A DNA stretch of 64,000 bases from Squalus acanthias (GCA_030390025.1 CM059445.1:9362001-9426000); one strand, 5' to 3'; shown: positions 49,037 to 64,000, counted from the first letter of the stretch. Numbers and translations: made by a program. The notes: generated by a model not told the origin, from the letters alone.

Positions 49037-51955
49037 CTGCATGACACAAAACAACGCTCGTCAGACTTAATTGCAGTTGACTTGAGCAAATGCTGAACCC
49101 ACGTGAACATTTTGCAGGCATTTGCCACAATACACAGCTGTTCTTTAGCATTTATTTCCTCTGGTTGATGGGTGCACGTCCGCACAAGATACAGATCGAG
49201 GGGACTGGGAAATAGTATTTTTTTAAAAAAAAAAAACAATTTGTACTCAGTGACATTATCAAGCACGCCAAAGGTCAGGTATGACACAGATCAGATGCAA
49301 TGCCGAGCACCTTCTACAATACCCTGTAATGCTCACGATTACACATTACATTTATACAGTGGCTGTGATCTCAAGAGGACTGCTCTATTACTTTCTCACA
49401 ATCACCATGCAAAGGGTACACTTTCCTCTTTGCATATTCTTCAACTCTTAACAGGTGACAAAGCTGCAATCGCTCAGTACTGCCTCCCTACAGTCTGAAT
49501 CACCAGTTGAAAAATCCTGATTGCTGAATTCAATTACACAGTAGGCAAACTCCACTTTTCAGATACGACAGGATGAAATCAGACGATATGACTCTCCATA
49601 GCTCTCAGGAGTAACGCGGTTATTACTTTGGCTTCTCAGAACAGATGCAGTCAAGTCATTCTATGCTACCATTCAGCACATCCTCAATGTTAAAAATTGC
49701 AGAGTTTACTTATAATTCAAGCTGTTGCCAAGCGCTCACATCATATCTGTCCTCCAGCTATGAAGAGAACCAGCTTCTAACATTGTAAATGGCTTCCCCT
49801 TTAGTTGCCCTCTTCCCGCTAGTCATCACTTAATATTGAGGTTCGGCCTCTAAATGAATAACCATCCTAGATAGGGCACATTCAAGTGGCTGACTGCAGT
49901 CGAGTACATTCTAGATTAAATGTATTCAACCACTGGTACCACAAGAAACAGGCTGCAATTAAATGCCTGGACAAGTGGGAAGATGACAAAATGTCACCAC
50001 CCACATAGAAAAATTCCAGTGTTTCAAGATAGATTTCTTCATAAAGAGCAGCGTGCAGTTCAGAGTAAGCAGAGGATTTGACCTTTGAGTAAATGATCAA
50101 AATCCAGCATTATCCGTTAACTTTTTTTAAATCTCGAGTCACAAACTCCCAACTATCAGCTAAGGTCATTCCTGATTAAATTTCTAACAAGTACTTATAG
50201 TCAAAAGCCTAAGGCAGCCAATTCAGAAAACATTTTAACCCATTCAAAGTTAACATGGTATGCCAGTATCTAGACGTTCCAAAATAAAGGTCATTTATAA
50301 TTCGTTCTCCAGTGGAGAATGGATGAAATCCAAATTTTGTCTGAATTCTGATCTCAAACCAGTTACTTAAGCAAGCAATTCAGATCAGAAGGGGGAAAAA
50401 ACTGGTCCATGTGCATCGTGGATGACTCACTCATGATACATGCCACCAATAACAGCAACTAGAAATGATGCGCAGTTGAATGCAAACTCACTTCCGTCTC
50501 CAAATCATCTGGTCAAGGCTAAAGTTTCTAACTCCAAATTTCCACCAGTGGAACGCAGAGTGTGAAATTCAGTCAACATTGTGACTCAACTGTGAATTTA
50601 AACATGCTTTCCATCTAAATTCAACCATGTTGTTTCCACTCAAATGAGCAGGGTTAATATGAATTAATTCTAAAACACAGCATGTTGCTAAGATGATGTT
50701 GAACACAATGTCATCCCTAAACGGAATCATTCTGCAATGAGCTTGCCTTCCAGGAAATAGGTTAACCAACATTTTGACCTGTTTTCAGTTCTCAAATTAT
50801 ATTGTGACTTTAGTGTAATCGAATTTCATCACTTAGATAGATTAGAAAAAACAAAAATCGTTCAAGATTACAGGAGTTGGGCAGAATCAAAACAACTTCT
50901 CACTATCAAAAGAAATTAGTTACTTTGTAGTGGGGGTGGGGGACTTTCCAAAATGTTCCAAAACATCTCTGCAACTCTGGTATTTCAAGCTTTTAGCAAA
51001 ACCTCTTTGACTGATTGATAAAACTGTGATCATTCTTGCTTAGTTAGGAGGAGTGGATTTCACAATTACCCCAAGCCCAGTAAGATTAAACATTACTCAG
51101 ATCAGCTCCAAACTTCAATTCACTGCCTAGCCCCATGTTCAGTGACACGAATATTTTGTTTTCTACTACAATTTGACAATTGGAAATAGAAATTTAAAAA
51201 AAGTGTTTAGCCAATAATATGAAGCAATTTCCTTAATATCCAGGCCCAGGAGAAATTTGTGTCATTGGATGGGTTTCAAGCCCATAGTTTTATTCCAGTT
51301 GTACATTTGATCGAATTTAATATGACCCAAAAACACATTCCTCAAGCTGTAATCCGTTGTAAAAATGGGAATCAGCAGAGGGAAAATTGTATTCTGCGCT
51401 ACGTTTTAACATTTGCTCTTATGCAGTTTGTTCGCTGTGGTTTTCTGCAGTTCCAATCCAGTATTTCACCCAGGACTATAATAGCATCAGGTTGTTTGGG
51501 AGGTCCTATTGGGTAGGGACAATAGCACTGAAGAAAAATGAAGAATGCTTTTAAAACCATCGTAAAGCAGAGGAAAGCCATGTATGCCTTTAGGGTTAAA
51601 AGATGGGTACATGGTAAAACGAAAACATGGGCTAACTGGTAACATTCAAAGACTAAAAATTTTTTTTAACAGGTTTTATGGAAAATAATTCAAGAGAACA
51701 AGGATAGACATCAAACTCAGTTGAAGGAAACAAAAGATGGTCAGTATATACAAATTTTCCTACAGTTTAAGATAAGGAGCTAAAATCACAATTTGTAACA
51801 CACTGATTTACTGTAAAATGTCATTATTTCAGGGCTGTTTATAACTGCACATTCATCACCTGCCTACTACTGATATAAAAATGCAGTTGTGGTAAATGCC
51901 AGGGTACTGAAACCAACCACAACCACTTTATTTATAGTGGCCTCAGAGGCAGTAC

Positions 51956-52162
51956 CTGTTCTTGAAGCTCAGCCAGCCTCTGCGCCCGCTCCTCCTCGGA
52001 ATCATCTGTACTACTGTCGCTGTCAGAGGAGCTGTCACTGCTACTGTCGCTCGAGGATGAGGACGACACCTGGTTGGTCGGAGGTGGCACAGGAGGAGGA
52101 GATGGAACCACTGGTTCAACAGGCTCATCTGGCATTTTTGCAAAACGCATCTCAAATACGTC
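51956..52162 (-). CDS. brd4: BRD4 exon: end of BD2 plus N-terminal phosphorylation-site (NPS) cluster
   Basis: [17 protein letters not shown]...[34 protein letters not shown] (inside ORF 51932..52183). [20 protein letters not shown] matches BRD4. ttccag acceptor, CAG|gtactg donor, 207 nt, phase 0-0. Confidence 0.97.
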
Positions 52163-53079
52163 CTGGAAAAAATGAAAACCCAAAAATATGAAAGCTGGCT
52201 TTTATCTCCGTGACCTGTTTTGGTACACAACACAACGATGTGTTCAGGGATGTAGCTTTTTATGCCGTGTATTAAAAATAGAGTGACTAGTGACTCAACA
52301 CATTGGTACCGATGCCCTATGCCATGAAGGAAGTAGAGTGCTGTTTCAAGCCCTTTATTTTCCACATTGCAAATTCCTGGCTAAAGATGCCAAGTTGAAG
52401 TTGAAGCATTTTCTCACAGGAAGCAAAAGTGAAATTGGACGGCAAGTTGAGCTAGGCCATACGGTCACATTTCCGACAGGCTCGCTTACGAGCAACACTG
52501 CCAGAAGCATTAGTAGAGCAACCTTCTGCCTCCCGTGGTTGGGAACGTGGTCTGTGCCGAGTAAATGTGCTTTCATTGTGTGTGGAGGAAATCAGTTAAA
52601 AAGGATTCTGATTTTTTTTTTCTTGGTGTTTTTCTACTGTGAGCAAAAAGTGTAATCATATCAAGACTAATTCTATCTCTCATACATTGTAACGGCAGGG
52701 ATCAAGTAATTGTCCCCTCTCTTCCTGCACCCCCCCCCCCCCCACCACTTCAAAACAGAAGACTGTACAGCATTAAATTGATGACATGGAGGTGGCAGTG
52801 AGCATACTGGTGGGAATTATCCCTTTCAACTCCCCATTCAAAAATTGGGATACCAATGGGGGACTTAGTACTAGTGCATTTATAAAACTTGCTTCCAAAT
52901 AGTTGCTCCCCAGGAGGGGAAATTAATCATCTATAATTTCATTTTGTAGAATCTGCAGAAAACTCACATCTTCCTATTCTGAAAATTTGCCAAGATTGTA
53001 GAAAATCCAAAAGATGTGAATTTGGCACAGAGTGGACACTGGCATAAGCACTACATCTCACTCAGTTATTTTATTACTT

Positions 53080-54240
53080 TAATAGAATTTATAGCACAAA
53101 GGAAGCCATTCAGCCCATGGTGCTTATACTGGTGTTTGATCTTCAGCTGGAGTCATCTAATCCAATTTCCCTACCCGCTTTCCCATATCATTTTAAATTC
53201 TTCCTTTTTAAATACTTAATACAATTCATTTTTATAGCATCTGCATCAGCAGCCAATTGTGGTATTCCACATCCCAATAACCTTCGGAGTGGGGAAAATT
53301 TCCATTTCCCTTTTAGTCCTTCGAATAATAATCCTGACCCTGTACCCCTTTGTTACCAACTGGCCAACCAGTGGAAATAATCTCTCACTATTTACCCTCT
53401 CAAAACCTTTCACAGTTTTGATAACCTATTCGAACCTTCCTCAAACTTCTCTTTCAGTGAAGTCACAATTTTGAATCTTTCTTTCATGATTATCAACGCC
53501 AATTCCTTGGAATGTTCTACTGAAACATCGCTGTACCCTTTTCATAGCTCTAATAAACATGGGGTACCCAGAACTGAACACAATATTCCAACTGTCCGCA
53601 AACTCATGGCATGTAATAATTCAACTAATTACCTTGCTTTTATTTTCAATGACTCAATGTGTGAAGAAAGAGACGACAGAACTTGCACCTTTCACATCCT
53701 TAAGACATTCCAAAACGCTTCACAACCATACAAGTCATTCTAAAGTGTAGTCACTATTGTAATGTAGGCAAAAAAAAAGCAGCCAATTTGCACAAAGCAA
53801 GGTCCCACTAACAGCAATGAGGTAAATGGCCAAATAATCTGTTTTTAATGGTGTTGGTTGGGGAATAGAGTGGCCAGGAACTCTCCTTCTCTTCTTTGAA
53901 TAGTGCCATGGGGGCTTTTACATCCAACTGAGAGGATAGACGGGATCTCAGTTTAACACGTCATCGGAAAGGCGGCACCTCTGACAATGCAGTACTCCAT
54001 CAGTACTACACTGAAGTGTCAATCTGGATTATGTGCTTAAATCTCTGGAGCGCAGCCTGAGCCCCATGTACCTTCTGACTCAGAGGCAAGAGCGTGATCA
54101 ATTAAGCCAAGACTGACACCTCAAAACCCAGAATCTTGGGCACCCTTTTGACCTTTTCTACGTGTACTCCAATCTTTAAAGATCTGTGTACTGCACCCCC
54201 AGATCTCTGGTCCTCCACTCTTATGAGTCTTACCGTCATC
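53080..54240 (-). mobile_element. Old CR1 3' fragment interrupted by a SINE
   Basis: ggaagccattcagccc tail at ~53100; degenerate ORF2 on both sides of 53676-54120. Confidence 0.65.
53676..54120 (-). mobile_element. Near full-length Deu-domain SINE (SacSINE1-like)
   Basis: tRNA-like head (ttggcttaattg...ctctgagtcagaagg), Deu core (gaggtgccgcctttccgatg...cccatggcactattcaaagaagag) and L2-like tail. A tail fragment of the same family lies at ~56110-56230. Confidence 0.8.
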
Positions 54241-54755
54241 TTTTATGTGGAGGCCAAGGAGATGGATCACATTTACTTCCAACACAAGTGGGAACAAGAG
54301 TTTGCATATGAATGTCATTCTGCTTGAAAAACATTTTTCTTCATTTGCAGGGACTGCTTTACAGCAGCTTATTTTGATACATTACTTTCCTTCTGGTAAA
54401 AATATAGAAGGACGTATTAGGTTAAATCTAAGTTATAAAAACTTCTCAGCCTTCCTCCCTCTCCTGTTCCCTCCTTTAGCGCACCATTTAATATATTATT
54501 CAGTACTACGGGATTATATCAAGATGAGCATCGAGTAAGTATACAAGAGAAGTCTGAGTGATCTCTCCAACTTTCCTGCTTGAAAACGCTCGAGTGTGAA
54601 CTCACTGCAAAGAAACGCTGGAGTTAACTACCATCGCACTAAACCGCAGATACTTAACTTAAAGCAATTTACATTTCCAGAGCAGTCATGTAGAGAGATG
54701 AATCAGAGGGCTTTACAGACCAATGGACAGTGTTCATTGCAGCATATTCCTTTCA

Positions 54756-54899
<144 letters not shown>

Positions 54900-57800
54900 C
54901 TAGAAGCATAACAGGAGATGTCGTCAAAACTCATTGTTTGCAACTCTCAAACATGTTTATAATCATTCTGGAACTATTAGATATTTCAAAGTGCCTTATA
55001 TTAATACTGTTGGGGCTAGGGAACTAATTCCAATCAAAATAACTCTCTATAAACTCTACAAAAGTTCTGGAGGAGAAACTCCTCCTTACTAAGGACCTGG
55101 GCATCTGCTCCTAGACTGTATAGGCAAACTTAATTACACCAAGATTGCTAGAATCAGTGCGTCCAACAAGGAACTAGAATTTCAGATCAACATAATGAGT
55201 GCGTCCAAATTAACTGCATGACCCGAGTGAATCCTTTCAGATGGAGACAACATAGCGCAAAAGCAGCTTGCTGCTGACTTGTAATATTTATTTTTCCTGA
55301 AGGCTATCTTTAAAAACACATTGTATTCTTCAGCCAATATGGTTCCAATTTAAAATGTCAAAACTAAATAGTCTTAACTTTTTTTATAAATTAATTTGAT
55401 AACAGCAGAAAAACAAATGCTCAAAGCAAGAGTCTCAGTAACACTCCAATATACTCGCATACCTTCAAAACAGCCAAAGATGTCAAACAGCAATTGCTTA
55501 TTCTCCCCAAAGTTCATATGAAGTGCACGCTCATCTTTTATGTAGAGCTCTCACTTCAATGAGCGCGAATCTATTTTACTGCTCCAGTGCTCTTCATATT
55601 CCTCGACAGCGTTTTGTAGCACAGAACAAAGACTTCAGATCCATGTTCTCTGCCCCTCCCCAATATAAAATTACATTTGGTTTCATAAACTGCCCCCACC
55701 CGCCCTCCCAAATGAAGCACGTTTACTAATGGCACTAACGTGGATCCTAAAATACTAATATCCATCATTGTCTTTGCAGCTCTGTCTCTCGCAGAAACAA
55801 TCTGATAAATGCAGTGATACGTGGAACATGAATTTGAATCCAGCTACATAGTGGAGGCCTGGCCGAGAACAGACATGATATATGAGCATGTATACTTAAC
55901 TAGAGCATCTCCCAGTGATGCTCACAGGTCCCAGGCTGACAGAAGTTGTAAACACTTGCCTATGTTTTACCTGCTCCCCATCTATTCTATGTCTAATTTG
56001 TTCCCTTTCTTGGCTCCCAAGTCCCTGATGTTGGTTTGCCTCTCTCTCCACAAAAAGGTGAACCGTTAATCACCAGCACATACATCACAAATGGAAAGTC
56101 CAGTAAAGAAATGACTTGCTTTTATATAGCGCCTTTCACAACCTCAAGATATCCCAAAGCGCTGTACAGCCAGTTAAGTGTAGTCACTGTTATGTAGGAA
56201 ACGCGGCAGCCAATTTGCGCACAGCAAATCACAGGAGTGACGCAACAGCAACATTTAGACTGGCTCCAAGAGGTAGAAATTCCCGTCACAGGGAAGGTAG
56301 ACTTACAGAAGTAACACTTATTCCATTATGTACCCAAGTCTAACAGGCATCAATTTTGGATTTATGATTAATTGGGCACATCGTCATTGCTGTATAAACT
56401 AAAAACTATTGAATCCCTGCAGCACCGCATCAGAGCTCAATTGTGGAATAGTCACACGATGAGCCAATAAGACTTCTAGAAAGCGACACCATAGTCATGT
56501 TATTACTGGCCAATGAGATTGCTAGAAAGAGACCAACATTTGGGATGATCATGTGATTACTAGCCAATAAGATCACTCAAAGCAACAATTTTATTTATAT
56601 ATAGATTTCCCGCAAATAATGTTTTATGGTATACAATTAAGAAATTAAATGCTTTAGGAATGGATCATTTGTTCCTAATTGAGCTAATCAGACACACACA
56701 ATATATGACATCGGGATCTTACAGAAAATTAGTATGTAAACACTATTTGAACATGTAAGCAAGTTCTATCAATCCAGGTCACATGTATGAGCAGACCACA
56801 TTTCAGAATCTACAGACTGGGGGGTCCTCCAAAATATGACATGGCGTCCAATGCGACACCCGAATGCAATAAAAAAAAAACCTTGTTCATACTGGCTATT
56901 CTTCCAGAATGAATATAGATAAGCTACAGAGTAAGTCAACAAAACAATGCAGTGTTTTATTGTTACAACAACTACAGCAAGGGCCCATCACACTTTTACT
57001 CTTCTCAGCTCCTTTTCCTTGCTCATTTTTTTTTTAATTCCTGAATCATAACTTCCCTGTATTCTTATTGATCTTGCATATCCTGAACCTTTACGTTTAT
57101 ATTGCCTTTTAAAACCTTTCCCCGAGTTTTAATTCATTTTTGTCCCAATTTCTCCAGCTAGCCTCACATAGCCCCAGCTCCCATTGTACTTCAATTACCT
57201 TCAAAATGTAACAGGTTCATGTGTCTTACAAAGAGCCAGCACAGGAGCGATGAGCCGAAGGGCCTCCTTCTGTGCTGAGATTCTAGAACACTTATCCAGA
57301 CTTCTCCAAGGTCCAAGCAACTGCCGCTGAACTTTGAGTTTCAGAATTTACCCCGGGCATGCAAACCATTTTACTTTCCACAATTAGACTAGGTCATGGG
57401 TCATGGGAATGTGAGAGAATGTAAAAATATACAATTAACTCATGCTATTAACTCCGTTATGATTTTGAAGGCCTTTATAATGCCTCTCCTTTCAATTCCA
57501 CACCCTTCTCATCCTACACAAGATTTAAATGGTGCAGCAAATGAAACCTTGCCATTTTGATCATCACAAAGGAAGCCAGAGCCACCTCACAAGGGAGAAG
57601 CATCGAAAGCAGGGGCATCAAGGAAGAACAGGGTCAGAATGGCAACGAGGAGAAATGGAGCCAAAAGCACTGAAATGGGATCAAAGATCAGAAATAAAAG
57701 CAATTCCGAGAAATATCCCAAAATCTGCATTGCCCTTGTAAAACAGCTGTAATTGATGAGCGTATGCATGTGTTTCCAACTTCAAGCTCGTGGACTGCAA

Positions 57801-60089
57801 AGAGGGCCGCCTCACCATTAATCCAACTTGCAAAAGCAACTCATTGAAAGTTTCCTAACAACGCAATGCAGCTGGATAAACCCATTCTCACACAAGCCTG
57901 TTAAGAAAATCATTCCACATGTGATCAGACAATGTAGCTACAAGCTACACTAGTGATAAATCTGGAATGCTCAGGCACTCTACAGCAGTATTAAGACTTA
58001 CAACCTGCAACACTGAACTGAAATGGCAGCTTTTCTTTCTGCGGTGCCTAAGTTTGAAAATAAATTGAAGCAAATAATTTTAATTGTGAAGCAAAACCAG
58101 TTGCGTTTTCATTACATACCCTTGATCAATTGATTTTTTTTTAAATATAGTATATATTTAATTTTGTTTGAAGTTCGTACATAACATGGAGATAAGAACA
58201 ATCTCACGGCAAGTGTTATCCACAGTTCTTAATCTTGACATCATCTTACCATCATGGATCCTTACCCAGAATGTAAAGAAAAATCTATGGCACTCCAATT
58301 GCATTTAAGGTTGTACTGGGATTCACAGCAACGCAGTAGAATCAAGCTCAAATCACTTGATAGGATGAGAAGCATCAAAAGGATATGTATTGAGGCAGAG
58401 TAGGAGCAAGAGGAAGAATGGAAGCAGAAGTATCGAGAACTATGGAGGCATCCTTCCTGCTATATTTGGACACTATATGGCTGTAGCAGTATTTACAAAA
58501 CAGTATTACAAATAATGTTACCACGCCAGTTAAGTTATTCATAGGTGATTTGAGTTTTACGATTACAAGATCGTTATGTCTCTTGAGCAGCCTCATTGAC
58601 CAACAGCAATCATGTGCCTTTCAAATTGTTGATCGTAATAATGGTTAGCGACCTTCTCCAGCAATCTCATTGGCTAGCAGTTAGCACATCACCGTTAAAA
58701 TGTTAGTGCCACTTCAAAGCAGTCTCAATGACCAATTGTAATCACGTATCCTGTTCCTGTAGCTTTGTAACAATCGCACGGACTACTGACAATCACTTGA
58801 CTAGCCTGATTGTTCAGTGTTTTGACAGCATTCTAGACCAATGCCAGTAAAGGCAGGCCACGAGGGTCAGGAAATCAGGTATTATTTTATACAGTAATGG
58901 CTCATTGCCCCATTAATTATGTGGCTGTTTCCGTGATAACTGTAGCCTATTGTTTTTTGAACGATAGTTAATCCATGGGAATAACGTGACTGGAAAAATC
59001 ACATCATTGGTCGAGTGACCATTGCTTATTGGACCCTGGTAGCCACGTCTGACAATCACAACAGAGTAGTTTCAATTGATCATTTTTTACCAGAATTCCT
59101 CCAAGACCACAAACAGAATAAGAATTCATATGCAATACACACAGAGATGATCAATGGATTACCAAGAAAAACACAAATATTTAGTATAAAACATAGACTT
59201 TTAAAAAATATTTTAGTCTGTGAGCAACTATTAGGTCCAAGGATAACTACTCCAGCTGTTGCAAAGATATGTAACTGGAAGGAGTAGAACATGGAACACT
59301 TACCTTCAAATCTGCTCTCAACCTCCGGAGGATTGAGTTAACTACTGAAAATTTACAATTTCAAAAGCGGTCATAGAATCAGACTAAAGACTAATTGATT
59401 TAGTTGCACAGTCACATGGTTCAATAGATATTTTCTCTAAGCATCGAATTGTATTCCAATGTCCTACTCTCATCACCAAATTTGCTGTTTTTGCAGGAAA
59501 GTTGATGAAATTGCTAAATTTGTTCCCCCGAGATATTGGTAAAAATTCCACACGATAAAAACAGAATTGGGCTTTTTCAGTCAAACTGAACAAGTGGCTT
59601 TAATTATAAGCATATGGAATTACAGAATTTGACCCCCAAAAACATCAGTAAAAATCTTGATCTCCATCTAATTTGACTTTTTCCAGTTACCATAAATCAG
59701 TAGCCCAATTATTTTCTGCTTTATTGTCCCCAACTTTACTACTCAGACTACTGCCCTGCCGGGGGGAAACAAAATGGGAATTGTTCCACAAATTTAAGCC
59801 TAACATCTCCGCTACTTCCTAGGTGTCAACACACACACACAAACAAATGAGTTAAGACGGTCTCCTCCTGCACTACTGCCACCTGTGTTACATTGACAGA
59901 AAGTTGCTAGGGAAGCACAACTACTGGTTTTAGGGAAGAATTTACGAAGGGGTTCTGAACACAGGATTTGCTGGCACATAAATTTTAGGTTTTAGCAATT
60001 TATTGATGGAGCTTACCTACAGGAACAGACCCAAAACTAACTTCTGATGGTCATAGACAAATTCATTCTTGGGATGGGTGATAAGGTGT

Positions 60090-61735
60090 TACAGAATCTT
60101 GGAGCACAGAAGGAGACCATTGTGCTCATGCTGGCTCTTTGAAAGAGCTATCCCACTCGGCAGCTCTTTCCCCACAGCCTTGCAAATGTCTCCCCTTCCA
60201 AGTAAATATCCAATTCCTTTTTGGAAATTACTTTTGAATGTTTCCACCACCTTTTCAGGCAGTGCAGTACAGATCATAATAACTCGCTACGTAAAAAAAT
60301 CTCTCATCTCACCTCTGGCTCTTTTGCAAATTACCTTAAATCTATGTCCTCTGGTTACCAACCCTTCTGCTAGCAGAAACAGTTTCTTCTTATTTACTCC
60401 ATCAAAACCCTTCATGATTTTGAATGCCTCTGTTAAATCTCCCCTTAACCGCTGCTCTAAGGAGAACAAGCCCAGCTTCTCTCGTCTCTCCACATACTGA
60501 AGTCCTTCATCCCTGGAACCATTCTAGTAAATCTCCTCTGCACCCTCTCCAAGGCCTTGACATCCTTCCTAAAGTGTGGCGCCCAGAATTGGACACAATA
60601 CTCCAGCTGAGACCTAACCAATGGTTTATAAAGGTTTAGCATAATTCCTTTGCTTTTGTACTCTATGCCTCTATTTGTGAAGCCAAGGATCCCATATGCA
60701 TTTTTTAAAAGCCTCATCAACTTGTCCTGCCACTCTCAAAGATTTGTGTATGTAAATCCCCCAGATGTCTACTTCTGCACCGCATTTAAAATTGTACCAT
60801 TTAGTTTATATTGCCTCTCTTAATCCTTCCTTCCAAAATGCATCACTTCACTACGTTAAATTTCATCTGCCATGTGTCTGCCCATTTCACCAGTCTGTCT
60901 GTGTCCTCCTGAAGTCTGTTACTATCTTCCTCACCGTTTACTACTTTTCTGAGCTTCGTGTCATCAGCAAAGTTTGAAATTATGCCCTGTATACCCAAGT
61001 CCGGGTCATTAATATATATTAAAAAGAGCAACCGTCCCAATACCGACCCCTGGAGGACACCACTGTATACTTCCCTCCAGTATACAGTTCACCACTACTC
61101 TCTGCTTACTGCTCCTTAGCCAATTTCGTATCCACTCTGCCACTGGCCCCTTTAATGCTATAGGTTTCAATTTTGCTAACAAGTCTATTATGTGGTACTT
61201 TATCAAACGCCTTTTAAAAGTTCATATACATAACATAAACCACACTATCCTCATCAACCATCTCCGTTACTTCATCAAAGAACTCAATCAAGTTAGTCAA
61301 ACACGATTTGCCCAACAAATGCGTGCTGGCTGTCAATGATTTGCCTATATTTTTTCTAAATGACAATTAATTTTGTCCCGCATTATTGTCTCAAAGTTTT
61401 CCCAACAGTGATGTTAGGCTGACTGGCCTGTAGGGTACCTGGTTTATCCCTTTCCCCTTTTTTGAACAGGGGTGTAACATTTGAAACCTGCCAGTCCTCT
61501 GGCACCACTCCCATATCTAAGGATTGGAAGATTGGGGCCAGAGCCTCCGCTATTTCCACCCTTATTTCTCTCAACATCCTTGGATGCATACCGTTCGGAT
61601 CGGGTGACTTTTTGACTTTGAACGTTGCCAACTTTTTAAGTACCTCCTCTATCTATTTTTATCCTATCCAATTTGTCTACTACTTCCCTCCTTTACTGTG
61701 ACACTGGCAGCATCCTACTCTTTTGTGAAGACAAC
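60090..61735 (-). mobile_element. CR1 LINE, ~1.65-kb 3' portion, frameshifted
   Basis: ORFs 61383..61631 (KSPDPNGMHPRMLRE...VPEDW.V.NVTPLFKKG), 60843..61040 (FADDTKL), 60457..60720 and 60287..60493. Confidence 0.93.
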
Positions 61736-63906
61736 ACATATGAATCAATTTATTTAGAGTGTGCTTTAATATGGAATAATAATTCTCAATAAAAATAGTA
61801 CAATGGAATTTTGTGCTCGTCTTCAGTTTCCATTAAGTCATATGCCACTGAAATCAATTGCAATCTTCAGGCTTTTAAAAAAAAAAAATTGTTCATTTTC
61901 CCTGATCCCAATTGCTTCCCAGTTCTCCTTTGACTCGCCAGTCCCTGCACCTCCTTCAGGCAGCTTCAAGCTTCACCACCACCATAAATTACCCAGTCAC
62001 GAGGACCAGTTACAACATGGTATCAACCAACCTCCACGGGGAGGATGCTTGGGCTCAATCTAGCACTTCACTCCAGCAGCACAGCACACCCAAGATTTGG
62101 AACTCGAGAGAGTTCGGGGTGCAGGAGAATAAATTAAACCAGTGCCCTCTGCTCGATAATGCCACGCACCGACACTCCAAGTGCAGTGTTCCAAACACGC
62201 TGTTAACTGAGTTGACATCAAAAGGAAATTTGCATTAGGTCAGATACCAATCTGTTGACAATTTACTGCTTCATAACCTCAAGCAACTTATGCAAAAGAA
62301 TGTCTAAGCTCTTTAATAAGGGGAGGAAGACAGACATTTCTGAAACAGTAAATAACATGCTGTCTGACCTAGCGGCTGCAAACTTGCTACAGATTTGCAT
62401 AAGTGTGAACTTCCAGGACAAGCCTAGTGGGTCGTACTGGGATTAAACTACTGCAGTTATATTGATTGGTTTTTAACTCCCAGCAGCAAGGATTCACTTA
62501 ATAAAGTTAGTTTGTTCTCTACATTTCCTTAAGTATTTATCATCCTAAATGCCTGCCATTTCTAAGTTGGGGGGACGGAGAGGAAGAGAAGAGGAAAGAG
62601 CTGCACATACAATTCCATAATCAACACTGATTTGGAATCAGGCTAGCCTCAGAGGTCATCATTCCAGGATGGTCATCTACCAGCACGGTCATCTACGAGC
62701 ACACAGGAAGACACTGCCAGATGCAGCTCATGATTAACCCTCAGCAAGACAATTTCACATTCTATAGTTGTCTGCTTCACAAACCAAAGCTGACTGCAAA
62801 GTGACTAGTCACAATCAACCTCACGCGTCGAAATAAAACCCACACAGCAGTCGTCCATTCGGTAGTCTCTTTATAGCACTCATTTTGTGTGTTTAATTGG
62901 AAGAAAATTCCTGCTTTGTTAAAAAGATTAGGATGGGAAACCAGAGTAAACCACCTAGTGACTCGCCAATTTGTTTCATGGTCAAATTTGAAATACAAAT
63001 TTAATATCCACTGCAATTTGAGCTTTGGATGAAATTTTAGGATCAACAGGAGAAAGCAACTTTAGCACCAACAATGGCCAGAGGTCCAGAGTGCTCCATA
63101 AGGCAATTACCTTTATACAATATGTATAATTTACTAAAATTTGTAACTTTGCTGATTTAATTCTGTTCCTGATTACTTGGTTCTTTTGCAAAAAGAGACT
63201 GCGGGCACAGGTGAATGGGGTTACTTTGGTTATCTTTCCTATTAAACAATGGAGCTCCTAGCTTGGGTGGTTACCAGATAGTTTGTAGTTCTGCTGCCCT
63301 TACACCCTCCCTTATTTTTTTGTTGTTGAATTAAACAGTGTAAAGCTGAGTAGTTCTGGACAAGTTTTACTGGATTCCAGTATTCAAAACAGTTTCTTTG
63401 TAAAAATAGTTGCTGAATAAAGATTTTTGCTTTAAATTGTTATTCTCTTCAATTTTACCTAGATCAGATTATATTTAACTCTGTTTGTTGTATTTATAAA
63501 CCTTTGTTGACCAATATAAAATACTATTAAAAGAATGCTTAAAATTATTTTTTTAATCTCGCGTTTCCCCAGACTGGGCAGAACCTCAGACTGACCAAAT
63601 CAACCCAGAATGCAGCAGGAATTCAAAACACTTCTGGGTCCAATTTGGTCTTTGTACTGATCACATGCATGCACTCTAGGAACCAGCGTATTGTAAGACG
63701 CATCAAGGCATCAACCCCTGCAACTTAAAAAGGCTTCCACCACGTCTTTGTTTGGAACTGCGCCTGTACAATGTCTCGAGGCGGACAATATAAAATGTTG
63801 CTCAGGATATTTCTCAGGCACTCTGTTAAAGAACCAGAGTGAGATAATGATCAACACAGGACAGATTCAAAGGTGCTTCACAATCCAAGCTCTAAAGTTA
63901 CAGCTA

Positions 63907-63999
<93 letters not shown>

Positions 64000-64000
64000 G

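Noticed and set aside
48825-49070. Plus-strand Phe/Ser-rich hydrophobic ORF
   Set aside because: Antisense shadow of the K/E-rich brd4 exon.
63780-63840. Minus-strand ECLRNILS resembling an RTE-LINE motif
   Set aside because: Isolated short match without flanking homology.

Overview
Vertebrate genomic DNA, almost certainly from a cartilaginous fish (inferred from the CR1/L2 LINEs and shark-type SINEs). The whole window lies inside one minus-strand gene, brd4 (BET bromodomain protein 4). I mapped nine long-isoform coding exons with GT-AG boundaries and consistent phases, from the end of bromodomain 2 (54899) through the NPS, BID, ET and SEED regions into the P/Q/H-rich disordered tail (321). 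The 5' exons (BD1, most of BD2) and the final CTD exons lie outside the window. Main surprises: (1) an intact, frame-symmetric 120-nt exon (35149-35268) encoding the post-ET coiled-coil motif of BRD2/BRD3 (ELxxRLxDVSGQL), which mammalian BRD4 lacks; (2) a candidate short-isoform module in which the GPA motif that ends human BRD4-S reads on into a His-rich peptide and splices to a separate terminal exon with a ~4.4-kb 3' UTR; (3) a perfect hairpin carrying two E-boxes and a GTAAGT donor just upstream of the SEED exon (possible poison exon or enhancer). Introns hold many LINE fragments, several nested insertions with visible target-site duplications, Deu-, Meta- and LF-SINE-like elements, and a TA-flanked MITE containing a 29-bp minisatellite. 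All homology calls come from recalled sequences, not database searches.
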